A stretch of DNA of 61,302 nt, the filler included, from Actinomycetota bacterium (GTDB taxonomy: Bacteria > Actinomycetota > Actinomycetes > JAKEEW01): NCBI GenBank assembly GCA_046725875.1. It is 4 parts of 4 records of this genome, joined end to end, with 100 filler letters (N's around TTAATTAATTAA, not from the genome) between each part and the next. Parts side by side here need not be neighbours in the genome. Positions count along the whole stretch, not along the records: positions 18,776 to 32,862 come from JBKOZJ010000019.1; positions 32,963 to 57,418 come from JBKOZJ010000020.1; 2 more parts are not named here. The stretch is one strand, 5' to 3'. This document shows, one piece after another, positions 29,298-38,140 of the stretch (positions within the stretch are counted from its first letter, which is position 1; every line of letters starts with the position of its first letter). The notes beneath the pieces are model-generated. The model was not told where the DNA came from and ran no database searches. It saw only the letters and a program-made list of their open reading frames with translations. The translations under genes were made by a program, and so were the position numbers.

Positions 29298-30398
29298 ATG
29301 GATCAGAACTGTGTCGCCGACAACATGCACTTTGACGATCAGACGGAGGCCCTGGCGGAGCGGTTGTTCAAGGACGCCGTCGGGGCCTTGGAGCTCTACA
29401 CCATCTACCTCGGTGAGCGGCTGGGGCTCTACCGAGAGCTCGCCGAGAGTGGCCCGGTCACGTCCTCGGAGCTTGCCGAGCGCGCCTCCACAAACGAGCG
29501 GTACGTCAGGGAGTGGCTGGAACACCAGGCGACCAGCGGGCTGCTGGAGGTCGACGATCCGGCCGCGGCCGCCGTGTCGCGCCGCTACCAACTGCCCCCC
29601 GCGCACATCCGCGTCCTCGCCGACCCGGACGACCTCCGCTATCAGGCGTACAAGGGTGTCGACATTGTCCGCGCCGCGCGTCCGCTGCCTCAGCTGGTGG
29701 AGGCCTTCAGGAACGGCACCGCTCCACCGCCGCTGCCCTGGGAGCCGGAGGGCAGAGCCGAGTTCAACCGGGCGATCTTCCTGAACCTGCTGGGGAAGCA
29801 GTGGCTCCCTGCGATCCCCGAGGTCGACCGGCGGCTGCACAGCGAGCCACCCGCGCGGGTGGCCGACGTGGCGTGTGGCACTGGATGGTCCAGCATCGCG
29901 ATGGCCCAGGCATACCCAAAGATCACCGTCGATGGCTTCGACCTCGACCGCGATGCGGTGGCCCTCGCCGCCCGACACGCCGAGGACACCGGGGTGGCTG
30001 ACCGGGTCGGCTTTTCCGTCGCGGATGCAACCGATCCGCAGTTGGAGAGGCAGTATGACCTGGTGACGATCTTCGAGGCGCTCCATGACATGCCGCGTCC
30101 CGTCGATGCGCTGCGAGCGGCTTATCGCCTGCTCGCGCCGGGCGGGTCGGTTGTGATCGCCGACGAGCAGGTCGACGACGAGTTCACCGCGCCTGGCTCG
30201 GACCACGACCGCTACCACTACGGCTGGAGCGTGGTGACCTGCCTGCCCAGCGTTATGGGCGACCCACAAACGGCGGCAACGGGGGCCGTCCTCCGACCTT
30301 CGACGATGCGGCGGTTCGCCGCCGAGGCCGGCTTCAAGACAGTGCAGATCCTTCCGATCGAGACCGAGTTCTGGCGCTTTTACCGGCTGCTTCCCTGA
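29298..30398 (+). CDS. Class I SAM methyltransferase with N-terminal wHTH (Rv2258c-like)
   Basis: LGERLGLY, ERYVREWL, DVACGTG, FEALHDM. Confidence 0.88.
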   Translation: MDQNCVADNMHFDDQTEALAERLFKDAVGALELYTIYLGERLGLYRELAESGPVTSSELAERASTNERYVREWLEHQATSGLLEVDDPAAAAVSRRYQLPPAHIRVLADPDDLRYQAYKGVDIVRAARPLPQLVEAFRNGTAPPPLPWEPEGRAEFNRAIFLNLLGKQWLPAIPEVDRRLHSEPPARVADVACGTGWSSIAMAQAYPKITVDGFDLDRDAVALAARHAEDTGVADRVGFSVADATDPQLERQYDLVTIFEALHDMPRPVDALRAAYRLLAPGGSVVIADEQVDDEFTAPGSDHDRYHYGWSVVTCLPSVMGDPQTAATGAVLRPSTMRRFAAEAGFKTVQILPIETEFWRFYRLLP

Positions 30399-30576
30399 CC
30401 TCGACGTGTCCTGCTTGCGACGCCAGCATCAAAGCGTCAGGCCGATCGAGCTGTACCACCAGTTTGGCAATGTGCTCGGAGAAGCCGCCGTCCTCGAGGA
30501 CGAACCACTGCTCTGCTGCCCGCGGGATCGATGTCGGCCGCGCGCCGCCACCCGAAGCCACGAGAGACGAATGACA

Positions 30577-31986
30577 TTAAGGTCCGACTTCCCCCGACGA
30601 TCTTTCTCGACCAGCCTCGAACGTCTCCCCTCCGCGCAATCCATCGTCCCCGGTTGCCGCCTCCCCCGTGATCAGCCGTGCGCCGCGTCCGTGAGTGACG
30701 AAGCTGAACGACCAGCGCAGCAATACGAGGAGGCGGTTCTGGAAGCCGATGAGGTACCAGAGGTGGACCACCAACCAAAGGATCCAGGCGAGAAAGCCGC
30801 CGAGCCTGAGCCCCTTGATATCGGCGACGGCGCTGGCGCGGCCGATCGTGGCGAGGTTGCCCTTGTCGCGGTAGCGAAACGGCGGCGACTGGCGGGAGCG
30901 AAGCCGCGCGCGGACGACCTTCGCTATGTAGCGGCCCTGCTGCATGGCGACCGGCGCCACACCAGGGAAGACAACCGGCGCACCACTGGCACCACGCACC
31001 CGGACCATGTCTCCGAGCGCGAACACCTCGGGATGGCCGGGGAGCGTGAGCCCGGGCTCCGTAGTCACGCGGCCGGCTCGGTCGCATTCAGCTCCGGTGA
31101 GCTCGGCGAGGCGTGCGGCAAGACTGGAGGCAGTGACTCCGGCCGCCCAGATCACAGTCCGACTCGGGATCCGCTCCGACTTCCCGGTTGCGTCGACGAT
31201 CGTTACGCCGTCAGTACCGACGCCGACGACCGTTTGGCCGGTCAGTACGGTGACGCCGAGCCCCTGCAGCGAGCGCGTCGCCTTGGCGGAGAGCGAGGGC
31301 GGGAACGCCGTGAGGACACGATCTGCTGCCTCGACGAGCAGGATCCGTCCGCTGCGTGGGTCGATCGTGCGGAAGTCCCGGCGCAGGGTGTCGCGTGCGA
31401 GCTCGCCGATCTGGCCAGCCATCTCCGCCCCGGTCGGCCCCGCCCCAACCACGACGAATGTGAGCCACGCCTCGCGAATTGCCGCGTCTGGCTCCATCTC
31501 CGCGGCCTCGAACGCGGCGAGGAGGCGGCTGCGCGCTTCGAGGGCACTCTCGAGCGATTTCACTTCGATTGCGTATCGGCGCCACTCGTCGTGACCGAAG
31601 TACGAGTACTGGGAACCACCGGCGACGATGAGCGTGTCGTAGGGCAGGCTTCGCGGAGCAGGCATGCCGTCAACGGACCGGAGCCGCAGCTCGCGCGCCT
31701 CGAGATCGAAGTCGGCGACCTCGGCCATTAGAACGCGGACATTGCGATGGCGTTTGAAGATCGCACGCAGCGGATAGGCGATTTCTCCGGGTGACAGAGC
31801 GCCGGTTGCGACCTGGTATGTGAGCGGCTGGAAGAGGTGGAAGTTCCGCCGGTCGACGAGCGTGACCTGGACCGGTGCCCGGCGGAGCTTTGCAACGGCT
31901 TGCAGCCCGCCGAACCCGCCGCCGACGACAACGACCCGCGTCGGGGCGACACCATGCTGCCGCGCCTGGGCCTCGCCGGTCGTCAT
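30577..31986 (-). CDS. ndh: Type II NADH dehydrogenase family FAD oxidoreductase
   Basis: GGGFGG, HLFQPLTYQVATG, VVGAGPTG.E, PGVAPVAMQQG, DKGNLATIGR. Confidence 0.92.
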   Translation of the reverse strand: MTTGEAQARQHGVAPTRVVVVGGGFGGLQAVAKLRRAPVQVTLVDRRNFHLFQPLTYQVATGALSPGEIAYPLRAIFKRHRNVRVLMAEVADFDLEARELRLRSVDGMPAPRSLPYDTLIVAGGSQYSYFGHDEWRRYAIEVKSLESALEARSRLLAAFEAAEMEPDAAIREAWLTFVVVGAGPTGAEMAGQIGELARDTLRRDFRTIDPRSGRILLVEAADRVLTAFPPSLSAKATRSLQGLGVTVLTGQTVVGVGTDGVTIVDATGKSERIPSRTVIWAAGVTASSLAARLAELTGAECDRAGRVTTEPGLTLPGHPEVFALGDMVRVRGASGAPVVFPGVAPVAMQQGRYIAKVVRARLRSRQSPPFRYRDKGNLATIGRASAVADIKGLRLGGFLAWILWLVVHLWYLIGFQNRLLVLLRWSFSFVTHGRGARLITGEAATGDDGLRGGETFEAGRERSSGEVGP

Positions 31987-32152
31987 CTGAGAGCTCCTGT
32001 CGTGTCTGCTGTCCGTACCGGGCCGCAGCAAGCAAGTGCCGCCTGCGCGCAAGGGGTCCCCGGCAGAGAACGACTCTGCATCCCAACCTAACCACGACAC
32101 TGTTTGTTGTGCTCTCGTCCCGGCCTCGTGATCCGCTCGTCCTGGCCTTGGG

Positions 32153-32862
32153 CTAAGAGATGAGTGCCTTGGCTAGTTGCTGCCAGTGCTGGACCGGGAG
32201 GGAGCCCGGCGGGTCCGCGCTCAACACGCTCAGTGCGACCTGGTCAGCCCCGGCGCGCAACTGCTCTGAGATCCGCGCGGCGACCGCGTCCAGATCGCCC
32301 CAGGCCACCACGGCGTCAACGAGCCGATCGGACACCTGCGCGATCTCCTCCGCACCGAAACCCATGCGGCGCAGGTTGGCCGCGTAGCCCGAGCCGACGC
32401 CCGCAGTCATGGAGCCAAGCGGCCCACGCGCCAGCGCTCTGGCCCGGTCCGGATCTGTGTCGACGATGACGAATTGCCCCACAACCAGTGCGACGTCCTC
32501 GCCCAGCAGCGAACGCGCCCGCGCGGTGTACTCGGGCGTGACCAGCAGCGGGTACGCGCCAGCCGCCCGCTCACGGGCCAGGTGGAGCATGCGGGGCCCG
32601 AGCGCCGCCAGGACGCGTGCGGCTGCCGGCACGGTGAGGGGCCCGGTATCGAGCGCGTCCAGGTAGCTGCTGATCGTCTGCAGCGGCTTAGGGCCGTGTG
32701 CCCCGCCCAGTCCCACGATGAACCGGCCCGGATGCGTCACTTCGAGCTCGGCATACCACGCGGCCACCTCCGCAGCGTCGAACCGGTCGACCGAGATGAC
32801 CCCACCGGCGATCTGCACGTTGCGCGTGGCGCCAACGATGTTCCGGACTTGCTCGAACCCGC
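32153..32862 (-). CDS. F420-dependent LLM oxidoreductase (MSMEG_4141-like), 5' end cut by the contig end
   Basis: HPGRFIVGLG, LAALGPRML, VTPEYTARAR, SDRLVDAVVAWGD. Confidence 0.85.
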
Positions 32863-32962
32863 NNNNNNNNNNNNNNNNNNNNNNNNNNNNNNNNNNNNNN
32901 NNNNNNTTAATTAATTAANNNNNNNNNNNNNNNNNNNNNNNNNNNNNNNNNNNNNNNNNNNN
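32863..32962. other. Artificial contig linker
   Basis: N44-TTAATTAATTAA-N44. Confidence 0.98.
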
Positions 32963-33196
32963 ACCCCGACCGAGACCACCTCCGGCTCCAGCGGATCGTC
33001 GGCCTCGTCGTCGAGCGAGCCGACGACCGAGCCCACGTCGTCGCCGACCGAGCCTTCGCCAACCCCGACGGAGTCGACCACGTCCGCGACCACCGACTCG
33101 ACGGCCACATCGACCGAGACGCCCACGGCGAGCCCGACCGAGTCATCCTCCACCTCGACGGCGGAGCCCACCACTACCACGTCATCCGGCTCCTAA
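32963..33196 (+). CDS. Ser/Thr/Pro-rich C-terminal tail of a secreted protein (partial)
   Basis: Open frame TPTETTSGSSGSSASSSSEPTTEPTSSPTEPSPTPTES...TTSSGS* with TAA at 33194-33196. Confidence 0.65.
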   Translation, partial: TPTETTSGSSGSSASSSSEPTTEPTSSPTEPSPTPTESTTSATTDSTATSTETPTASPTESSSTSTAEPTTTTSSGS

Positions 33197-34032
33197 TCAC
33201 ACTTGCCGCAGACGAAGATTGCCGTGCCGGGGATGAGCCGTCCGCGGAGCGGACTCCAACCGCCCCAGATTCGATCGTGGCCATCCGGCCATTCGGGCTC
33301 TACGAGATCGACCAGACGGAAGCCGGCCGCGACGATCTCCCGTACTCGATCGCCCACCGTGCGGTGATGCTCGACGTAGGTGGGGATGCCCTGCTCATGG
33401 AGTTCGGCGATTCGTCCACCCGGGCTTTGGACGTCGTCCTGCTCGACGTACGGCCGGCGGTCGAAGTAAGAGTCCCGCACGGTTAGTCCACCCTCCCCGG
33501 GATCGTCGGGGAAGCACCAGCGGACCGGGTGGCTCACCGAGAAAACCCACCGGCCCCTCGGCCGTAGCACCCGCGCGACCTCGCGCATCACGGCGGCCGA
33601 GTCGGCGACGAAGGGGAGCGCACCATAGGCCGAGCAGGCCAGGTCGAATGACTCCGCCGCGAACGGCAGCTGCTGCGCATCCGCCTGGATCAAGGAGGGG
33701 CGCAAACCGGTCGCCGAGTTCAGCCGCGCGCCGTACGCGAGCTGGCTGTACGAGAGGTCGACGCCGACGACGGACACCGCGCCGGCGGACAGCAGCCAGC
33801 GGGCGCACTGAGCCGCACCGCAGCCCACTTCGAGGACGGCGCGGCCCACGACAGGTCCAAGCAGCCCGGCTGTGGCTTCGTCGAGCCCCTCCGGGCCCCA
33901 GATGAAGCCCACATCGCGGAGGAATTCCCCGTGTTCGCCTTGGTACCAATCGGCCGCCGAGTCCCACCACGATCGGTTCGCTCGGGTGGTCTCGGCCGCG
34001 GAAACCGCCCTCCTTGCAACCGGCTCGGCCAT
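33193..34032 (-). CDS. Class I SAM methyltransferase (conserved upstream of rpsA)
   Basis: ANRSWWD, WGPEGLDE, LEVGCGAAQC, YVEHHRT, WSPLRG.LIPGTAIF. Confidence 0.9.
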   Translation of the reverse strand: MAEPVARRAVSAAETTRANRSWWDSAADWYQGEHGEFLRDVGFIWGPEGLDEATAGLLGPVVGRAVLEVGCGAAQCARWLLSAGAVSVVGVDLSYSQLAYGARLNSATGLRPSLIQADAQQLPFAAESFDLACSAYGALPFVADSAAVMREVARVLRPRGRWVFSVSHPVRWCFPDDPGEGGLTVRDSYFDRRPYVEQDDVQSPGGRIAELHEQGIPTYVEHHRTVGDRVREIVAAGFRLVDLVEPEWPDGHDRIWGGWSPLRGRLIPGTAIFVCGKCD

Positions 34033-34066
34033 TCGACTGACACCCCGCGGAGGATCTTGATTCGGA

Positions 34067-34145
34067 TTGACCTTGTCCAAGACCGCACCGTATCCTGGCC
34101 GTTGCGCTGCGGGGCCTGCGCGACCTCAGACCGAGCAGGCCGCGC
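34067..34145 (+). promoter_or_regulatory. rpsA promoter and 5'-leader hairpin
   Basis: TTGACC-18 bp-TATCCT; stem GCG-GGCCTGC...GCAGGCC-CGC (34109-34145). Confidence 0.55.
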
Positions 34146-34266
34146 TCGACCGTGTCGACCACCTTCCGGTCATCCAACTTCTGACCCGACGGACATCGGC
34201 AGGGCGAACCAGGCCCGCCGCGCGGCAACTACCACACCAAATGTCCGTATCGGAGTCCACTAGCTG

Positions 34267-35736
34267 ATGACGAGCACCACCGAGGCCGCCTCGAAAAATC
34301 CGCAACAAGTAGCGGTCAACGACATCGGGTCAGAGGAGGCGTTCCTCGCCGCGGTCGACGAAACGATCAAGTATTTCAACGACGGCGACATCGTGGAAGG
34401 TGTCGTCGTCAAGGTCGACAGAGACGAGGTCCTGCTCGACATCGGCTACAAGACCGAAGGCGTAATTCCTAGTCGCGAGCTGTCGATCAAGCATGACGTC
34501 GATCCACACGAGGTCGTCGCGGTCGGCGAGCGCATCGAGGCCCTGGTCCTCCAGAAGGAGGACAAGGAAGGCCGCCTTATCCTCTCCAAGAAGCGCGCAC
34601 AGTATGAGCGGGCCTGGGGCACGATCGAGAAGATCAAGGAGGATGACGGCGTCGTCACCGGCACGGTCATCGAGGTTGTCAAGGGCGGTCTGATCCTCGA
34701 TATCGGCCTACGTGGCTTCCTTCCGGCTTCCCTCGTCGAGATGCGCCGGGTGCGCGACTTGCAGCCCTATGTCGGCAAGGAGCTCGAGGCCAAGATCATC
34801 GAGCTGGACAAGAACCGGAACAACGTGGTCCTGTCCCGGCGTGCCTGGTTGGAGCAGACCCAGTCCGAGGTGCGCCACACCTTCCTCACCACGCTGCAGA
34901 AGGGCCAGATCCGGACAGGTGTTGTGTCGTCGATCGTGAACTTCGGCGCCTTCGTCGACCTTGGCGGGGTCGACGGCCTCGTCCACGTGTCCGAGCTCTC
35001 CTGGAAGCACATCGACCACCCGTCCGAGGTCGTCGAGGTCGGCCAGGAGGTCACCGTCGAGGTGCTCGATGTCGACATGGACCGGGAGCGAGTATCGCTC
35101 TCGCTCAAGGCGACACAGGAAGACCCCTGGCAGCAGTTCGCCCGCACTCACGCGATCGGCCAGGTCGTGCCGGGCAGGGTAACCAAGCTCGTGCCGTTCG
35201 GCGCGTTCGTCCGCGTCGACGAGGGGATCGAGGGCCTGGTCCACATCTCCGAGCTCGCCGAGCGGCATGTGGAGATCCCCGAACAGGTTGTCCAGGTCGG
35301 TAACGAGATCTTCGTCAAGGTCATCGACATCGACCTCGAGCGCCGGCGCATCTCGCTCTCGCTCAAGCAGGCGAACGAGGGAACCGTCGGCGAGGCGGTC
35401 GAGGACCACTTCGACCCGACGCTGTACGGAATGCCCGCCGAGTACGACGAGCACGGCAACTACATTTACCCTGAGGGGTTCGACCCGGAGACCAACGAGT
35501 GGCTGCCGGGCTACGAGGCCCAGCGCGAGGCGTGGGAGCGGCAATACGCTGAGGCCCGGGCTCGCTACGAGGCGCACCGGAAGCAGGTCGAGGACGCGCG
35601 CAAGGCCGACGCCGAGGCCGGCGGGGGCGAGCCACCGGCGCCACCGGAGCAGCGCGAGGAGCCCGAGGCGGCCGGCACCCTCGCCTCGGACGAGGCACTC
35701 GCCGCGCTACGCGAGAAGCTCACCGGCAGCAGCTGA
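34267..35736 (+). CDS. rpsA: 30S ribosomal protein S1
   Basis: VAVNDIGSEE.FLAA, four S1 domains, actinobacterial C-terminus GTLASDEALAALREKL. Confidence 0.99.
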   Translation: MTSTTEAASKNPQQVAVNDIGSEEAFLAAVDETIKYFNDGDIVEGVVVKVDRDEVLLDIGYKTEGVIPSRELSIKHDVDPHEVVAVGERIEALVLQKEDKEGRLILSKKRAQYERAWGTIEKIKEDDGVVTGTVIEVVKGGLILDIGLRGFLPASLVEMRRVRDLQPYVGKELEAKIIELDKNRNNVVLSRRAWLEQTQSEVRHTFLTTLQKGQIRTGVVSSIVNFGAFVDLGGVDGLVHVSELSWKHIDHPSEVVEVGQEVTVEVLDVDMDRERVSLSLKATQEDPWQQFARTHAIGQVVPGRVTKLVPFGAFVRVDEGIEGLVHISELAERHVEIPEQVVQVGNEIFVKVIDIDLERRRISLSLKQANEGTVGEAVEDHFDPTLYGMPAEYDEHGNYIYPEGFDPETNEWLPGYEAQREAWERQYAEARARYEAHRKQVEDARKADAEAGGGEPPAPPEQREEPEAAGTLASDEALAALREKLTGSS

Positions 35737-35773
35737 CAGCGGTGCCGGCCAGCCCGTCACCGGGGAAGCGACA

Positions 35774-35808
35774 AGGACCCCACCCGGCTCCGGGTCAGGG
35801 GTCCTTTC
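35774..35808 (+). terminator. Intrinsic terminator after rpsA
   Basis: AGGACCCC-ACCCGG-CT-CCGGGT-CAGGGGTCCT-TT hairpin. Confidence 0.75.
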
Positions 35809-35874
35809 GCGTATTTGGATTGGTGTGCTACCCGGTGATCATGGAGATTGGCATGTGCGGAGGCGACGGAGCGG

Positions 35875-37005
35875 ATGCGTACGCGGGCACGGGAGCTCGG
35901 GATCGTCGTGGGGTCGGGACAGCCGGGGCCGATCAACGCCATCACCGATGTCGACGGCGTCCGGGTGGGTCACATGACGCTGGTGTACGGCGAAGGGCCA
36001 CTGACCGTAGGCAAAGGACCGGTGCGCACCGGGGTCACGGTCGTCGAGCCGCGGTCCGAGCCGGCATGGGATCAACCGTGCTTCGCCGGTTGGCACCGCC
36101 TCAACGGCAACGGGGAGCTGACCGGCCTCCACCCGATCAGCGAGTGCGGTGTGCTGACGTCCCCGATCGGCATTACCAACACGCACTCGCTTGGCGTCGT
36201 ACGAGACGCGCTCGTCGCCGCGGAGGTCGCCGGTCGGGGGACTGTGGAGCTCTACTGGAGCTTGCCGGTGGTCGGTGAGACCTGGGACGGCATGCTCAAC
36301 GACATTTGCGGCCAGCACGTGACCGCAAACCATGTGCACCAGGCCCTCGCCGCCGCGGCGCGGGGGTCGGTGGCCGAGGGCAACGTCGGCGGCGGTACTG
36401 GGATGATCTGCCACGGCTTCAAGGGCGGCATCGGCACGGCCTCCCGCGTGGCGACGGTTGGGACTGGCACGTACACCGTTGGTGTCCTGGTCCAGGCCAA
36501 CCACGGGCGCCGGGAGCGGCTTGCCGTAAATGGTGTACCGGTAGGGCAGCGCATCGGTCCGAAGGTCGTCCCGCTTCCGTCCGATTCAGAGCAGCAGCTG
36601 GCTGAGGGCGCTCAGGCTTGGCCGGGCGGCGCTGGCTCGATCATCGCAATCGTCGCTACCGACGCTCCCTTGTTGCCGCACCAATGCACGAGACTTGCCC
36701 AGCGGGCCGCACTTGGCGTTGCCCGCACGGGCGGGGCCGGCGAGCACAGCAGTGGTGACCTCTTTCTGGCTTTCGCGACAAGTAATCGCGACCTGCCCGC
36801 ATCCAGCGCCGGCAGCGCGGCCCCTCTTACGTACACGATCAACGCCCTCGGGGACGCGCACATCGACCCGCTCTTCTACGCGGCGGTCGAAGCGACCGAG
36901 GAGGCTATCCTCAATGCACTGCTCCGCGCGGAGACGATGACCGGGCGCGACGGCATCACCGCCCACGCCCTCCCAGCCGACATTCTCGGGCAGCTTCTCG
37001 CCTAA
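35875..37005 (+). CDS. DmpA/P1 (S58) aminopeptidase
   Basis: NAITDV.GV.VGH, NGNGELTG, EGNVGGGTGM, GAGSII autoprocessing site, ATEEAILNAL. Confidence 0.92.
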   Translation: MRTRARELGIVVGSGQPGPINAITDVDGVRVGHMTLVYGEGPLTVGKGPVRTGVTVVEPRSEPAWDQPCFAGWHRLNGNGELTGLHPISECGVLTSPIGITNTHSLGVVRDALVAAEVAGRGTVELYWSLPVVGETWDGMLNDICGQHVTANHVHQALAAAARGSVAEGNVGGGTGMICHGFKGGIGTASRVATVGTGTYTVGVLVQANHGRRERLAVNGVPVGQRIGPKVVPLPSDSEQQLAEGAQAWPGGAGSIIAIVATDAPLLPHQCTRLAQRAALGVARTGGAGEHSSGDLFLAFATSNRDLPASSAGSAAPLTYTINALGDAHIDPLFYAAVEATEEAILNALLRAETMTGRDGITAHALPADILGQLLA

Positions 37006-37024
37006 AATCCCCTGTCCGAATGCA

Positions 37025-38047
37025 TCATGCCGAGGCGCGGATGACGAGCTCGGTGTCCAGCAGGACCGGCGACGGCGCGGGCTCGCCGTCGAGTAGGGCG
37101 AGCAAGAGCCTCGCCATCTCCTGTCCCATGCCGACGGTTGGCTGCCGAACCGTGGTCAGCGGCGGGTCGGTGTGCTGCGCAAGGTCGAGATCGTCCGAGC
37201 CCACGACGGCGACGTTCTCGGGGATCCGCCGACCGGCACGGCGCAGGGCTCGCAGCGCTCCGGCGGCCATCAGGTCCGAGGCGACATAGACGGCGTCAAG
37301 CATCGGGCGCGCCTCGATCAGCTGGTTCATGGCGCGCTCGCCGCTTGGCTCCGAGAAGTCGCCGTAAGCAATCAACGTGGGGTCACCGTCGCCGACGACG
37401 TCGCGGTAGCCAGCGAGCCGGTCCACGCCAGGTGCCATGTCCTGCGGTCCGGCGATCGTCCCGATCTCGCGGCGGCCCAGGTTACGCAGGTAGCTTACGG
37501 CCGAACGGCTGCCCGCTCGGTTGTCGATGTCCACGTACGGGAGGTCTACCCCGGGCGCGAGGGGACGAGCGCCGACCACCGTCGGCACCTTGGCCCGATC
37601 GAGCGCGGTGAGCAGCGGGTCCGCACCGTGGAGCGATAGCAGCAGCACGCCGTCCACGTGCCCGCCGAGCAGATACTTCTCCACCCGGACGTGGTCCTCC
37701 GCGGTCTGCGCCATGATCAAAAGCAGCTGACGGCCGGTGTCGGCGAGGCGCTGGCTGACCCCGCGCACGATCCCACCGAAGAACGGGTCGGTGAAGAGCA
37801 GGGCATGGGGCTCGGACACGACCAGGGCCACTGAGTCGGTGCGCTGGCTGGCGAGCGCTCGAGCAGTTCGGTTCGGCACGTACCCGAGCCGATTGATTGC
37901 GTCTTCGACGGCCTGCCTTGCCTGCACGCTTACCTTAGGTGAGCCGTTGATCACGCGAGAAACCGTGCCGCGCGAGACTTGGGCGAGCGCCGCCACGTCC
38001 TCAAGGGTCGGGCGTTGGTAACCGACCGACACGTTGGCTGCCTCCAT
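37025..38047 (-). CDS. LacI family repressor, CebR/CelR-like
   Basis: PTLEDVAALAQVSRGTVSRVIN, LFTDPFF, IAGPQDM; last gene of the ceb-type locus. Confidence 0.9.
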   Translation of the reverse strand: MEAANVSVGYQRPTLEDVAALAQVSRGTVSRVINGSPKVSVQARQAVEDAINRLGYVPNRTARALASQRTDSVALVVSEPHALLFTDPFFGGIVRGVSQRLADTGRQLLLIMAQTAEDHVRVEKYLLGGHVDGVLLLSLHGADPLLTALDRAKVPTVVGARPLAPGVDLPYVDIDNRAGSRSAVSYLRNLGRREIGTIAGPQDMAPGVDRLAGYRDVVGDGDPTLIAYGDFSEPSGERAMNQLIEARPMLDAVYVASDLMAAGALRALRRAGRRIPENVAVVGSDDLDLAQHTDPPLTTVRQPTVGMGQEMARLLLALLDGEPAPSPVLLDTELVIRASA

Positions 38048-38140
38048 CTCGCCGCGCCACATCAGATCGCAATCCAGGGCTGGCCCCCAGCTCAGGATCC
38101 GAGGCCGCTGCTGACGCGTCTGAACCAATCTAGATTGGCT

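Noticed and set aside
30406..31731. Long antisense ORFs (also 40539-41981, 42081-43145, 24638-25696, 29244-30269)
   Set aside because: Shadow frames opposite well-supported genes, expected at high GC, with no recognisable motifs.
32911..33180. Minus-strand Val/Ser/Asp-rich ORF
   Set aside because: Antisense of a plus-strand S/T/P-rich tail that ends with a stop at 33194-33196.
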